Shown: piece after piece, positions 30,627-39,783 of the stretch
How positions within the stretch are numbered: the stretch's first letter is position 1
Layout: every line of letters starts with the position of its first letter
Assembly (NCBI GenBank): GCA_026413885.1
Contig: JAOAKA010000001.1
Span: 46,088-110,087 of the forward strand
Origin: Sulfolobales archaeon
GTDB taxonomy: Archaea > Thermoproteota > Thermoprotei_A > Sulfolobales > NBVN01
DNA length: 64,000 bases
Direction: 5' to 3'
Made by a program: the position numbers and the translations under genes
Notes under the pieces: generated by a model
What the model was told of the DNA's origin: nothing
Databases searched by the model: none
Seen by the model: the letters and a program-made list of their open reading frames with translations, nothing else

Positions 30627-31380
30627 GAATGTAAAGAGTGTTTTAAGTACTGCAGCTATATTAATACTAGCTCTCACATTATGGGAGTTCTCTATCTACA
30701 TACTAAAGATACCTAGATACATACTTCCATCTCCATCGTCAATAATTGAAACTTCCACTAGATACTCTACCTATCTCTCGGAGAACCTACTGAATACTCT
30801 GGCACACGCAATAACCGGGCTGGCTCTAGCCGCAGTTTTCTCGCTCGCATTAAGTCTTCCCCTAGCCTACAGTGAGACAGTTAGAGAAGCTATTAGTCCG
30901 TTGCTAGCCGGCTTTAACGCTATTCCTAGAGCAGCTCTTGTACCATTGCTAGCTCTATGGTTCGGCCTCGGAAGTCTCCCGAGAATTCTCACATCGTTTC
31001 TCATAGCGTTCTATCCGATACTCCTGCCGACACTCACAGCAATGGTTACTGTTGAGAAGGAACTCTGGGAAATACTCACTTCTTTTGGAGCATCAAAGAA
31101 GCAGATACTAGTTAAAGTAGCTATACCTAGATCAATGCCTTACTTTTTAAGCTCTCTTCACATGGGGTTAGCTAGCGCTCTAGTAGGCACAGTAATAGCT
31201 GAAATGATAGCATCAGACCGTGGACTAGGTTATGTAATACTGTCTTCAACTTCACGCTTAGATACACCTCTAGCTTTCTCGTGTTTAATGCTTTTAGCAC
31301 TTACAACCTTCACACTATCTAAAGCACTAGGAATAGTAGAGAAGAGAACTGTAAAGTGGGCGTATAGGGTAAGCACTTAG
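30604..31380 (+). CDS. ABC transporter permease (NitT/TauT family)
   Basis: 6-TM protein with an EAA-like loop and ASDRGLGYVI. It overlaps the ATPase gene by 23 nt. Confidence 0.85.
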   Translation: MSSMSYSKNVKSVLSTAAILILALTLWEFSIYILKIPRYILPSPSSIIETSTRYSTYLSENLLNTLAHAITGLALAAVFSLALSLPLAYSETVREAISPLLAGFNAIPRAALVPLLALWFGLGSLPRILTSFLIAFYPILLPTLTAMVTVEKELWEILTSFGASKKQILVKVAIPRSMPYFLSSLHMGLASALVGTVIAEMIASDRGLGYVILSSTSRLDTPLAFSCLMLLALTTFTLSKALGIVEKRTVKWAYRVST

Positions 31381-31859
31381 AACACATCTATGTAAGACCT
31401 ACACAGCCTTGAACTCAGCGTGCCAATCTCAAAGAGCACCATATTTTAGAACTTCTGAGACATCTATCGACTTTCACAGAAGCTTTCTATAAACACTATA
31501 AACACACCGCACGTAAATTATTTTACGTAGTCAAAAACTCTTTAAAGACGACATGTTTTCTCATTTCGATGCTCCCGACGTATATCTCCATTTTCAGTGG
31601 CGAGTCCAGACTAGAAACTAGAGTTTTATTAAGACAAGAGTATTCGGTCTGGAGAAATAGTTAGAGAAAGTTAGAACTCTTTCAAAGACCTTTGTAGAGA
31701 GTATATTTCGGTGAGATTCCTAGTACTGCATACGCGGCTCTAGAGTAATTGAAAACGAGGTAGAGACTCTGTATAGGGATCATGTGTGTAACTGCTGACA
31801 TTCCAGTAACATCTAAAGAATTTATCGGAAGCTGCTCTATGTGTGTGGAGGTGGAGTAG

Positions 31860-32828
31860 TTGAGTGTTTTAGTAGTGTTTCACGGTGATTGCGATGGAAT
31901 CATAGCTGCTTATCTGTATATAAAGAGATACCTCAAAGACCTTTACCCTAGCGGACTAACTCTCGCAGTTACACATCCTTGGAGAGCTCACACAGATATT
32001 AAAAGATTAGCTACTGGTGGGAATGAACTCATAATTCTCGATATAGCTTTAAGTGAGAGACTAGTCAATATACTTGAAAACGCTAGTAGTAGATACAAGA
32101 AAGTCATCTTCGTAGATCACCACGCCACCTCTGAGTCACTCATAAAGAAACTCGAGCCGAAGATTAAAGTACTATACTCTAAAGTTACTTCGACACCGAG
32201 ATTGCTAGCTCAATTTATTGGAACACCACTAAATCCATATGAAGATGTGCTTGTAGAAGTAGCTGATATATGTGAGGGAAAGACGCCGTACTCCGGTATC
32301 GATAAATCCGCACTAGATATCGTAGACTCTATCAGGATGTCGATAGCATTTGACCCAGGAGACCTAGGGTTTATGAAGCATCTAATAGACCTAATGATGA
32401 AGTCGAAGAATCCTTCTCAAGACCCTCTAGTGAGACTGAGAACTAGGAGAGCTAAGTTTCTTTTGGAAAACCTACTTAGAATACTGTCTGAAGACTCTCT
32501 AGATGCTGATAAAGTCAAGATGGCTTTTCTGAATCTCCCACTCTCGAGAGCGTTTGCTGGTCTAATAGGTGTTGCTGCTACAGAACTATCTAAGGCATAC
32601 AGAAAGAGTGTCATACTAATTAGAGAAGAACAAGATAAGATAGTCGTAACTATCAGATCTACTCATAGAGATGCCTTAAATATCTCTCAATTAATCGCGA
32701 ACTCTCTGGGTGGAGTCTATGGAGGTCACGCAGAAGCTTCATCTATAACTATAGGGAGAGAACCTCTTTCTAAGGTGGTCAACAGCATAATTGACAAAGT
32801 GCTTAAGCCGGAAATATCTAAGCCTTAG
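31860..32828 (+). CDS. DHH/DHHA1 family phosphoesterase (NrnA/RecJ-like, about 320 aa)
   Basis: Motif I HGDCDGI, motif III FVDHHA and the DHHA1 motif GGHAEAS. TTG start preceded by GGAGGTGGAG. Confidence 0.8.
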   Translation: MSVLVVFHGDCDGIIAAYLYIKRYLKDLYPSGLTLAVTHPWRAHTDIKRLATGGNELIILDIALSERLVNILENASSRYKKVIFVDHHATSESLIKKLEPKIKVLYSKVTSTPRLLAQFIGTPLNPYEDVLVEVADICEGKTPYSGIDKSALDIVDSIRMSIAFDPGDLGFMKHLIDLMMKSKNPSQDPLVRLRTRRAKFLLENLLRILSEDSLDADKVKMAFLNLPLSRAFAGLIGVAATELSKAYRKSVILIREEQDKIVVTIRSTHRDALNISQLIANSLGGVYGGHAEASSITIGREPLSKVVNSIIDKVLKPEISKP

Positions 32829-32848
32829 ACTTCCGCAGGGGAGAAAGA

Positions 32849-33565
32849 TTGAAGGAGATATTACTCAGTAGAGAAGTAGAGTCAGCTGAATTAGCCGAAC
32901 TAATCGCTAAGTGGTTTAAGAGAGCGACTATAGTCGTTATCGCGAAATGCTCAATCGAGTACAGTGGGAGAGCTTCAAGTACAGCTAGAGAAGCTGTAAG
33001 ACTCATATTGATTAAACAAGATGGAACTATCTTAATTCATGAGTCTTCAGGTCGAGAACCGCTTAACTGGCAACCTAAAGCAACTGTATCTGTAAAACAG
33101 CTCGACAACCAAGAAGTAGAGATTATAGCAGTGCGAAGAACTCCAGATGAAAAACTCACCGTGAGAATTCGGGGAAGAGCTCTCACAACCGTGGCTGTGC
33201 TCGGTGATGTAGGTTTAACTCTCTGCGGTAGAGAGGAAGACTTAATTGAAGAAATTGCGAGAAACCCTTCATCAGTAGTTAGAGATGCTACTCTCATAGC
33301 TCGCGAAGTCAATACACCATATGGAAGAGTAGACATCATGCTGAAAGATAGCTCGGGAAAACTAATAGTAGTTGAAGTCAAGAGGTCTCAAGCAAGCATA
33401 GAAGCAGCTCAGCAGCTACATCGATATGTAGAGTACTATAGACGCCTCGGATTAGAGGTGGAGGGTGTACTAATAGCACTAGATGTAAGTGGTCAAGCCC
33501 TTAAGTACTTAAGAGACCATGGATTAAAGTACTTGAAATATTCTGCGAAGCCTCTATCTAGCTAG
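32849..33565 (+). CDS. nucS: Endonuclease NucS (EndoMS)
   Basis: The C-terminal PD-(D/E)XK core is GRVDIMLKDSSGKLIVVEVKR...QLHRYVEYY. It is 238 aa. TTG start with GGGGAG 6-11 nt upstream. Confidence 0.85.
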   Translation: MKEILLSREVESAELAELIAKWFKRATIVVIAKCSIEYSGRASSTAREAVRLILIKQDGTILIHESSGREPLNWQPKATVSVKQLDNQEVEIIAVRRTPDEKLTVRIRGRALTTVAVLGDVGLTLCGREEDLIEEIARNPSSVVRDATLIAREVNTPYGRVDIMLKDSSGKLIVVEVKRSQASIEAAQQLHRYVEYYRRLGLEVEGVLIALDVSGQALKYLRDHGLKYLKYSAKPLSS

Positions 33566-33682
33566 AGAGTTATCGGCAGCTCGCAGTCTCTAATTCTACA
33601 CATACCTCTACAAAGTGTATCTCAGTTAGAGCTCTCACCGTTAGCTTCTAGCTATTAAAGTTAGCTAAGCCTTAAGATAGAC

Positions 33683-34423
33683 TCACTCTTCTAATTCTAC
33701 TTCACTCACTGCTTCATCTTTAGAAAGCTTATTGTAGATAGCTAGAGAAGACTTCAGAAGCTTATATAGAGCTCTACACTCAGCTTTAGTTAGTAAAGCT
33801 TTACTTAAAACGTGCTTAAGAGATGCGACTTCGTAACGAGTTAGACCGTAAGCTACTCCTAGCTTCTCTAGATATCTAGTGAGAACTCTCATATAACTCG
33901 CTGGACATCTCTCGCCTACAACTAGGTCTTCAGTGTCACGTCCAACTAACTCATATAGATAGAGTGCTACTGCGTGAGTTAGATTGAGTACGTTGTAATC
34001 AGAGTGAGTCTGCAGTGTAGAAATTAGAGAACAAGCAGTTAGCTCGGATCTCGTTAGACCAACGCTCTCGCGTCCAAATACTAGAGCTATCTTTGAGTCT
34101 TTAGGGAGTAGTAGTGAGATAGCTCTCGGAGAGACGGCTTGCCTCAGAGGGTCTTCAGGAGCTCCAGCAATAGATGTCGTACACACTGAAAAGTCTACGT
34201 CTTCGAGACATCTATCTAGAGAGTCTACTACCTTAACTTTCTCTACGAGAGCGGCACCGCCAGCAGCAAACTCGATGACTTCTCTATCTCTCAAGTCTAT
34301 CTTAGGGTTAACAACACATATGTCATCGATACCGAAGTTTCTACTGAGTCTCAACACTTGTCCGAAGTTTATTTTCCCCTCTGGTTCGACTAGAACCAGC
34401 CTTACTCTGGAAGACAATTTCAC
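33683..34423 (-). CDS. SPOUT (TrmH/TrmJ-like) RNA 2'-O-methyltransferase
   Basis: LVLVEPEGKINFGQVLRLSRNFG, ALVFGRESVGLT and LNLTHAVALYLYEL motifs. Confidence 0.8.
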   Translation of the reverse strand: MKLSSRVRLVLVEPEGKINFGQVLRLSRNFGIDDICVVNPKIDLRDREVIEFAAGGAALVEKVKVVDSLDRCLEDVDFSVCTTSIAGAPEDPLRQAVSPRAISLLLPKDSKIALVFGRESVGLTRSELTACSLISTLQTHSDYNVLNLTHAVALYLYELVGRDTEDLVVGERCPASYMRVLTRYLEKLGVAYGLTRYEVASLKHVLSKALLTKAECRALYKLLKSSLAIYNKLSKDEAVSEVELEE

Positions 34424-34430
34424 ATCTCTA

Positions 34431-35090
34431 CTACTTCTCTATATAGAGTCTGCTTAAATAATCCAGATATGCTGCGGTAGCAACACCTTTAGGTGGGTGA
34501 GCAAATAAATAGTACCTCTCGACACCTCTTAATTCGTTCAGTATTCTCTCTGTTAACGCTTTCACAGGATCAAACCCCTTGATTCTATTCTTGATGTCTG
34601 CAAAGTCTTTAAATTCTTCACGAGCTCTTTCTTCTAGTATGACCCAAAGCGTCTTCTTACCTATTCCGGGTATTAACTCGAGAACGTGGAGTTTGATAGT
34701 TAGAGATGGAGCTGTATTGAAAAACTTGGTGAACTCCTTCTCAAGGTCTAGAATAATTTTCTGAATAGCTAGAGGAAGATTAGACTTAGCTATAGCTGTT
34801 AAGTCTTCATATGCTATAGGCTCCCCCCAGACATACGCTACTTTATCTCTAAGCTCGCGTCTAGTAAACCCTATGTAGACTCTCTCCTCGATAGTAATGC
34901 TGACTCCGGACTTGGGGTGAAATTCAACAAGTGTGAAATATCGGCATCCTACTGCTTGAGCTATTGGGCGGTCCCGGTGAGATGGATGATGAGTATCGAC
35001 TGGATTACCTCTAGGCATGAAGTCTAAGACGAGAGCGTGATCTTCCCTACTAACTAATCTCAGCCAGTAATCTTTATCTTTAAAACTCAT
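34431..35090 (-). CDS. DUF655 family nucleic-acid-binding protein (OB-like plus HhH)
   Basis: EDHALVLDFMPRGNP N-terminus and the HhH segment LELIPGIGKKTLWVILEER. It is in the conserved position after rpoF. Confidence 0.75.
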   Translation of the reverse strand: MSFKDKDYWLRLVSREDHALVLDFMPRGNPVDTHHPSHRDRPIAQAVGCRYFTLVEFHPKSGVSITIEERVYIGFTRRELRDKVAYVWGEPIAYEDLTAIAKSNLPLAIQKIILDLEKEFTKFFNTAPSLTIKLHVLELIPGIGKKTLWVILEERAREEFKDFADIKNRIKGFDPVKALTERILNELRGVERYYLFAHPPKGVATAAYLDYLSRLYIEK

Positions 35091-35112
35091 GTTATCACTT
35101 TAGTGGATATAG

Positions 35113-35445
35113 TCAAGAAGACTTATAGCAATAGGTAGACACTAACTCCACTATCTGAGGAAGTAGATTATCGATGTTACTAGAAGACTCGAAGTTTAAT
35201 AAAATTCTTACTTCATCAGCACTTCTCGGAGCAATATCTACCACCATAGATGTTGTCAAATCACTTAAGCCGAGCTTAATTAGCTCTTCGTAGAGTTTCT
35301 CTGGTTTCTCACACTTCTTTAAAGCTTCAGCAAGCTCCATTGTTCTCTTTGCTAATCCCTTCACCACTAATCCCTTCTTCTCACACTCTAATAGCTTCTT
35401 GAGAGCGAGAGCTAGAGGTATGTTATTTACTCCGAGAATCTTCAT
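35113..35445 (-). CDS. rpoF: DNA-directed RNA polymerase subunit F (Rpo4)
   Basis: 110-aa helical protein in the conserved L21e-RpoF-DUF655 gene order. The call is mostly by context and size. Confidence 0.65.
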   Translation of the reverse strand: MKILGVNNIPLALALKKLLECEKKGLVVKGLAKRTMELAEALKKCEKPEKLYEELIKLGLSDLTTSMVVDIAPRSADEVRILLNFESSSNIDNLLPQIVELVSTYCYKSS

Positions 35446-35455
35446 AATTTACTCC

Positions 35456-35761
35456 CTAATTACCTATTTGAGCAGGTCTCAAATGCTCTGGGACTGTTAT
35501 AATTATCTTCCTCTTGCTGCCTATGGCGATTTCCACTAAGTAAGCCCTACCTCTTTCACCAACTATGGTTCCAGTCTTACCTACGTATCTTCTATGAGGA
35601 AGAGCTTCATGTATAGCGGGATTAGGCACTATATGTACTTTATCTCCAATACTATATTTCTGCATAACTAAGCTGAGTGGAGGTATTGCTCCTCTCTCTC
35701 TCACATTCTTTCTAAGAAGCTTTCGAGTTCTATGTCTTAAGCCTCGAGATGCTTTCACCAC
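35456..35761 (-). CDS. rpl21e: 50S ribosomal protein L21e
   Basis: MVKASRGLRHRTRKLLRKNVRERG and GKTGTIVGERGRAYLVEI. Confidence 0.92.
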   Translation of the reverse strand: MVKASRGLRHRTRKLLRKNVRERGAIPPLSLVMQKYSIGDKVHIVPNPAIHEALPHRRYVGKTGTIVGERGRAYLVEIAIGSKRKIIITVPEHLRPAQIGN

Positions 35762-35813
35762 CTACTGCCACCTAATCAACAATTATTAAATTAAACTTAA
35801 ATATCGTTCTAAG

Positions 35814-36293
35814 CTATCTACGTCTACGTCCTCTACTACCTGATAATATATTCAGCAAGTTGTCTTCGGATAGAACTCTCTGCTTTATTTCTTCAACTAC
35901 TTTTGAGAGTTCTTCAACTATTTCCTTCTGTTTGTCACTTAATTTATCTAGCATCTCTCTCCCTAGAGAGGTTAGTTTAAGCTTTCTAGCTTCTGTAACT
36001 TCTAGTAGGCCTAGATATAGGAGGACTCTAACGTCTTCAAGCATCTCTCTGCTATTTACTACTGAACCAATTACCTGAAATGGATACCCGATGTCCTTTC
36101 CCTTCTCTGTCTTAAGAATGTAGAGACAGTTGATCAATCCTCTCTCACTTACCTCACCTAAGCTCCTAACTATACCTAGAACACTGACCTTCTTTTCATC
36201 TCTTACGGCATCATCTATCGATACTACAGGTCTAGACACTACCTTAAGCTCCTTTGATACAGTCTTTTCAGCTTTTTGAGACACTCTAAGCAC
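35814..36293 (-). CDS. Hypothetical protein, possible winged-helix fold with a basic tail
   Basis: 159-aa ORF ending in the C-terminal tail GSRGRRRR. No motif recognised. Confidence 0.45.
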   Translation of the reverse strand: MLRVSQKAEKTVSKELKVVSRPVVSIDDAVRDEKKVSVLGIVRSLGEVSERGLINCLYILKTEKGKDIGYPFQVIGSVVNSREMLEDVRVLLYLGLLEVTEARKLKLTSLGREMLDKLSDKQKEIVEELSKVVEEIKQRVLSEDNLLNILSGSRGRRRR

Positions 36294-36380
36294 CTAGTAG
36301 AGTTAGAGTTATAGAAGAATATTAAGCTTTTAATGCTGCATCTCACTGTAGACTGAAGAGCTAGTACACAAGTTTAGGAG

Positions 36381-37067
36381 GTGCTCGACTTGGAGCTCGT
36401 AGCCTATATAGACTTAGATGGTACTCTAGCTGTAAGCCCCATATCCGGCATCATTGAAGAAGCATATAGGCAGATATCTCTTCGAGCAGGTCGTGAATTA
36501 GGGGAGGTAAAGCTCCTCTCTTGGAGAATACACGTAGAACTCATTAAGAAGTCTAGCCCGCTGGCTTTCGACTGGGACTACATATATGAAGAAGTTTCGA
36601 AAATACTTCAAATCAGTCCTAGTTCTAGGATAGATAGAAGACTCGAAGAACTCTGCGAATTTTCGAAGGTCTTAGACGATGCTTACAGAGTTCTAGATAG
36701 GCTTAGATCTACCGCTGGAGTTCTCGTTCTGGCTACTAATGGTTTACTTAAATATCAGAAGTGTGTTATAGAGTTTCTCGGTCTAGATAGATACTTCGAC
36801 TTAGTGCTCACTCCAGATGTCGCAGGTTGTCTTAAGAACTGTAGTAAGTTTTACTCGCTACCGAGCACTAGCAGCAGAAAGGTAGTAATAGGTGATAACT
36901 ATACTTTCGATGTCTACTACCCCAAGACATTTGGATTAAAGACTGTGTATGTGGATAGGTCTACTATAGATCCTTACGTTAAGTGGCTTGGAATTGAGAG
37001 AATAATTGAACCTGACACAGTAATCAATAGCTTGGAGCAGCTGCCGAATGTTATATCGAGACTCTAA
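36381..37067 (+). CDS. HAD superfamily hydrolase
   Basis: Motif I YIDLDGTL, motif II VLATNG and motif IV IGDNYTFDV. GTG start. Confidence 0.7.
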   Translation: MLDLELVAYIDLDGTLAVSPISGIIEEAYRQISLRAGRELGEVKLLSWRIHVELIKKSSPLAFDWDYIYEEVSKILQISPSSRIDRRLEELCEFSKVLDDAYRVLDRLRSTAGVLVLATNGLLKYQKCVIEFLGLDRYFDLVLTPDVAGCLKNCSKFYSLPSTSSRKVVIGDNYTFDVYYPKTFGLKTVYVDRSTIDPYVKWLGIERIIEPDTVINSLEQLPNVISRL

Positions 37068-37785
37068 AATCTAAGCACATAGGTACGTCTGGATTGTCTA
37101 GATATATATCTCCATTGACATCCATGTAGGTCGAGACGCTCTTTACTTTAACTCCTTTCTCAACTGCTTCAGCTATTAACCGGGGCACTACTCTATCTCC
37201 CTCACTATTTGGTTTAAAACACGTAACTGAACACATAGCCGATATAAAGACTAGATAGGTGAGTAGACCTTCAGATGCCAGCTTCGTGAGCAATCTAATA
37301 TGTCTTCTACCTCTCTCGGTTTCACAATCGGGATACATAGCCTCACCTCTAGACCCCCTCATGACAGCACTCTTAATCTCTACGAAAACCTCTCTTGAAT
37401 TACACCTTAGAACGTAATCTAACCTACTTCTGCTCACTAATGGATTTCGCTTTACTATTCTACATCCATTAAAGTAGGGAATTAGATCTAGCTCTACCGA
37501 CTTCTCGAAGACTCTAGATTGAGTGACTATATCTACGATGTAGAAGCAGCTCGGAGAGCTATCTTCAACACCGATCAGTCTGTACTTCAGCCTACTCTCT
37601 ATAGGTGTGAGAATAACTCTTCTGCCCGGGATCAGTAAGTCGAGAAGTCTACCAGTATTAGTATTGTGAGCTAAGACTAACTCACCACTAAGTCTCACGC
37701 GAACAATGAATCTACCAGCTCTCTCAACTAGTGTTCCAATGTATATTGGGTCGAGCCTAAGAACTCTGTGAAGCACTAGAAGCAC
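37051..37785 (-). CDS. sfsA: SfsA family protein (OB fold plus PD-(D/E)XK nuclease-like domain)
   Basis: LVERAGRFIVRVRLSGELVLAHNTNTGRLLDLLIPG and the later VEIKS core, with the typical length of about 240 aa. Confidence 0.85.
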   Translation of the reverse strand: MLLVLHRVLRLDPIYIGTLVERAGRFIVRVRLSGELVLAHNTNTGRLLDLLIPGRRVILTPIESRLKYRLIGVEDSSPSCFYIVDIVTQSRVFEKSVELDLIPYFNGCRIVKRNPLVSRSRLDYVLRCNSREVFVEIKSAVMRGSRGEAMYPDCETERGRRHIRLLTKLASEGLLTYLVFISAMCSVTCFKPNSEGDRVVPRLIAEAVEKGVKVKSVSTYMDVNGDIYLDNPDVPMCLDFRVSI

Positions 37786-37805
37786 CTCAAGCGATGGTCT
37801 TTCTA

Positions 37806-38435
37806 CTATATCTCGATTTTATAGGGACACATCACTGAAAATATACAGTACGAACACTCCCAGCTATACCTAGGAGCTTTCTTCGAGGTAACTCTACTTA
37901 CTACCTCGCTATCATCCATTCTATCCTCGATGTAGAATTGTGTAACTCTAGCTGGTGTTACGTACAGCAATATAGAGCCACTTAAATCCATTAACCAGTT
38001 ATATGCTCTAACTTGATCGACGTGGTGTTTCTGAGGTATGTTCTTATCCGATCGAGAACTCTTAATCTCAACAGCCACCCTCTCGAAGTCTCTCACCAGA
38101 AGCATATCGAGCCTACCTCTAATTGAAACTGCCGAACCGTCGTCGAGAATGACATCTCTACTCCCCTCGACTTCAGTCTCAACCGAGTATTCTCTAACTA
38201 ATTCTCTCAGTAAGTTCTCTAAACCACGGTGTACTAGCGTGCCAATTATCAGACTAGGTTTAAATATTTCTTGAAGCACCAAGTCTGGATAGCGGTCTTC
38301 ATAAACTCTCTTTAGCGGACATCTAACTAAGTCTGTAACCCAGATAACTCCCTTCTCCCTCTCGTACCTATCTCTCTCAGCTCTAATGAAGGAGTATATA
38401 AGACTTATAAGATCGACTACATTACTTGAAGACAT
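37806..38435 (-). CDS. Cas4-family PD-(D/E)XK nuclease with a 4-Cys cluster (stand-alone)
   Basis: N-terminal Cys in VTDLVRCPL, GRLDML...VAVEIKSSR (D...ExK), DQVRAY (QxxxY) and the C-terminal CSYCIFSVMC (CxxCx5C). Confidence 0.8.
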   Translation of the reverse strand: MSSSNVVDLISLIYSFIRAERDRYEREKGVIWVTDLVRCPLKRVYEDRYPDLVLQEIFKPSLIIGTLVHRGLENLLRELVREYSVETEVEGSRDVILDDGSAVSIRGRLDMLLVRDFERVAVEIKSSRSDKNIPQKHHVDQVRAYNWLMDLSGSILLYVTPARVTQFYIEDRMDDSEVVSRVTSKKAPRYSWECSYCIFSVMCPYKIEI

Positions 38436-38441
38436 AGCGTC

Positions 38442-39626
38442 CTACCTAGTTTTTATGTAAACTAATAAATCTGCTTCACTACTCACATCACTATTCACAA
38501 AACTCTCGATTTTACTGAGTCCGAGAACTGAGTAGGGAGATAAGCCCTTCATAAACTCCTCTACCTTCAACACCCTACCTCTGAGACCTATGTATCTAGC
38601 CGGTTTCTCAGTTCTTATCTTAACCTTAACTAGCTGAAGACCTGGGCGCACGGCGATAGCTCTCCCACTACTTAAGAGTATTTTAGATAGAGTGTTAAAC
38701 TCTCTCTTCACACCGAGCAGCTCAGCCATGAAGTCGATAGCTGAAGCAGCTCTATCAAGATAAGCATCTCTTTCATTTCTCACTCTTAGATATCTTAAAT
38801 GACGTAGTGCTCCAAATTCATGTAATTTGTAGACTAGGTCTACTGCTGACAAGATTAAGTCACCTGGAGTGCCCGCGGAGTGTGACAGTAGTGAATAGTT
38901 ACTATCTTCACACTGTACCTGCTCTCTGATATCTATTCTAAACTTACGCATGGCTTCCAGACTTTCACCTCCAACAAGCTTTTCGAGAGCAAAGCGAGGA
39001 ATTCCTCTAAGAGTTTGAATAAGAAATGTGTGTGAGCTATAGAGAGGCAGTATTCTACGTGAAGCTACGTAGAAGCCTCGGAGAGTGTTGAAGACCTTAA
39101 GAGGATTGCCGGTTAAAGTAGTGTAGTCTCTACTAGTCATAGCTCTGAGAGTCTCACTGCTTATCTCTAAGCCAGTAGCTACTCTGAGGGATTCTCTCAA
39201 CACTTTATCAAGCACTCCGAGAGTATTTAACCATTCGACCTCGTTGAAGGAGAGTCTCGCATGCACGGAGACTTGAGTTAGTGGGATCCCCATTGAAACT
39301 TTCTCTACTAGGTCTCGGCAACCTAGACACTCTACGCCTAAGAAATCTCTAAAGCAATTCTGCACATCTCTACTGTGACCGACAGTGTCTCTCCCAATAA
39401 CTCCCGCAACTACCTTTAGAGTTAGTGTGGATGAAGAAGTATTCTTAAGTAGCTCTACTAGACCTAGAATTCTAGAAGCTCTAATAGCTACTTGAACTAC
39501 GTCTGAATTGAAGAATTTCTTCCAGTCTTCGTAGTATAACTTCATAGCTCCCTTCTTGAGATCAACTCTCTCCACTACTCCCAACACCCTATCTACAGCT
39601 ACTCTAAGTTCGAAATTATATGTCAA
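38442..39626 (-). CDS. Hypothetical 394-aa helical protein (first gene of the Cas4-like/SfsA string)
   Basis: Long ORF ending 6 nt before the Cas4-like gene. I recognise no motif. It has four Cys residues (NCF, ECLGC, QCE). Confidence 0.6.
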   Translation of the reverse strand: MTYNFELRVAVDRVLGVVERVDLKKGAMKLYYEDWKKFFNSDVVQVAIRASRILGLVELLKNTSSSTLTLKVVAGVIGRDTVGHSRDVQNCFRDFLGVECLGCRDLVEKVSMGIPLTQVSVHARLSFNEVEWLNTLGVLDKVLRESLRVATGLEISSETLRAMTSRDYTTLTGNPLKVFNTLRGFYVASRRILPLYSSHTFLIQTLRGIPRFALEKLVGGESLEAMRKFRIDIREQVQCEDSNYSLLSHSAGTPGDLILSAVDLVYKLHEFGALRHLRYLRVRNERDAYLDRAASAIDFMAELLGVKREFNTLSKILLSSGRAIAVRPGLQLVKVKIRTEKPARYIGLRGRVLKVEEFMKGLSPYSVLGLSKIESFVNSDVSSEADLLVYIKTR

Positions 39627-39698
39627 ACACTAGATATAGCTCTCTCGAGGAGATTCTTCGAAAAGTTTATAATTACTAGAGAGTAAGCTACTACTGGT

Positions 39699-39783
39699 GC
39701 CGCCGTAGCTCAGCCCGGGAGAGCACCCGGCTGAAGGTCTTTGGGAGACCGGGGTGTCGGGGGTTCAAATCCCCCCGGCGGCA
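39699..39783 (+). tRNA. tRNA-Phe (anticodon GAA) with an intron of about 11 nt at 37/38
   Basis: GCCGCCGTAGCTCAGCCCGGGAGAGCA-CCCGG-CTGAAG[GTCTTTGGGAG]A-CCGGG-GTGTC-GGGGGTTCAAATCCCCC-CGGCGGC-A. No CCA is encoded. Confidence 0.85.

Noticed and set aside
37806-38435. Whether the Cas4-family gene signals a CRISPR-Cas locus
   Set aside because: I found no direct-repeat array and no cas1, cas2 or effector genes anywhere in the window, so I treat it as a stand-alone Cas4-like nuclease.
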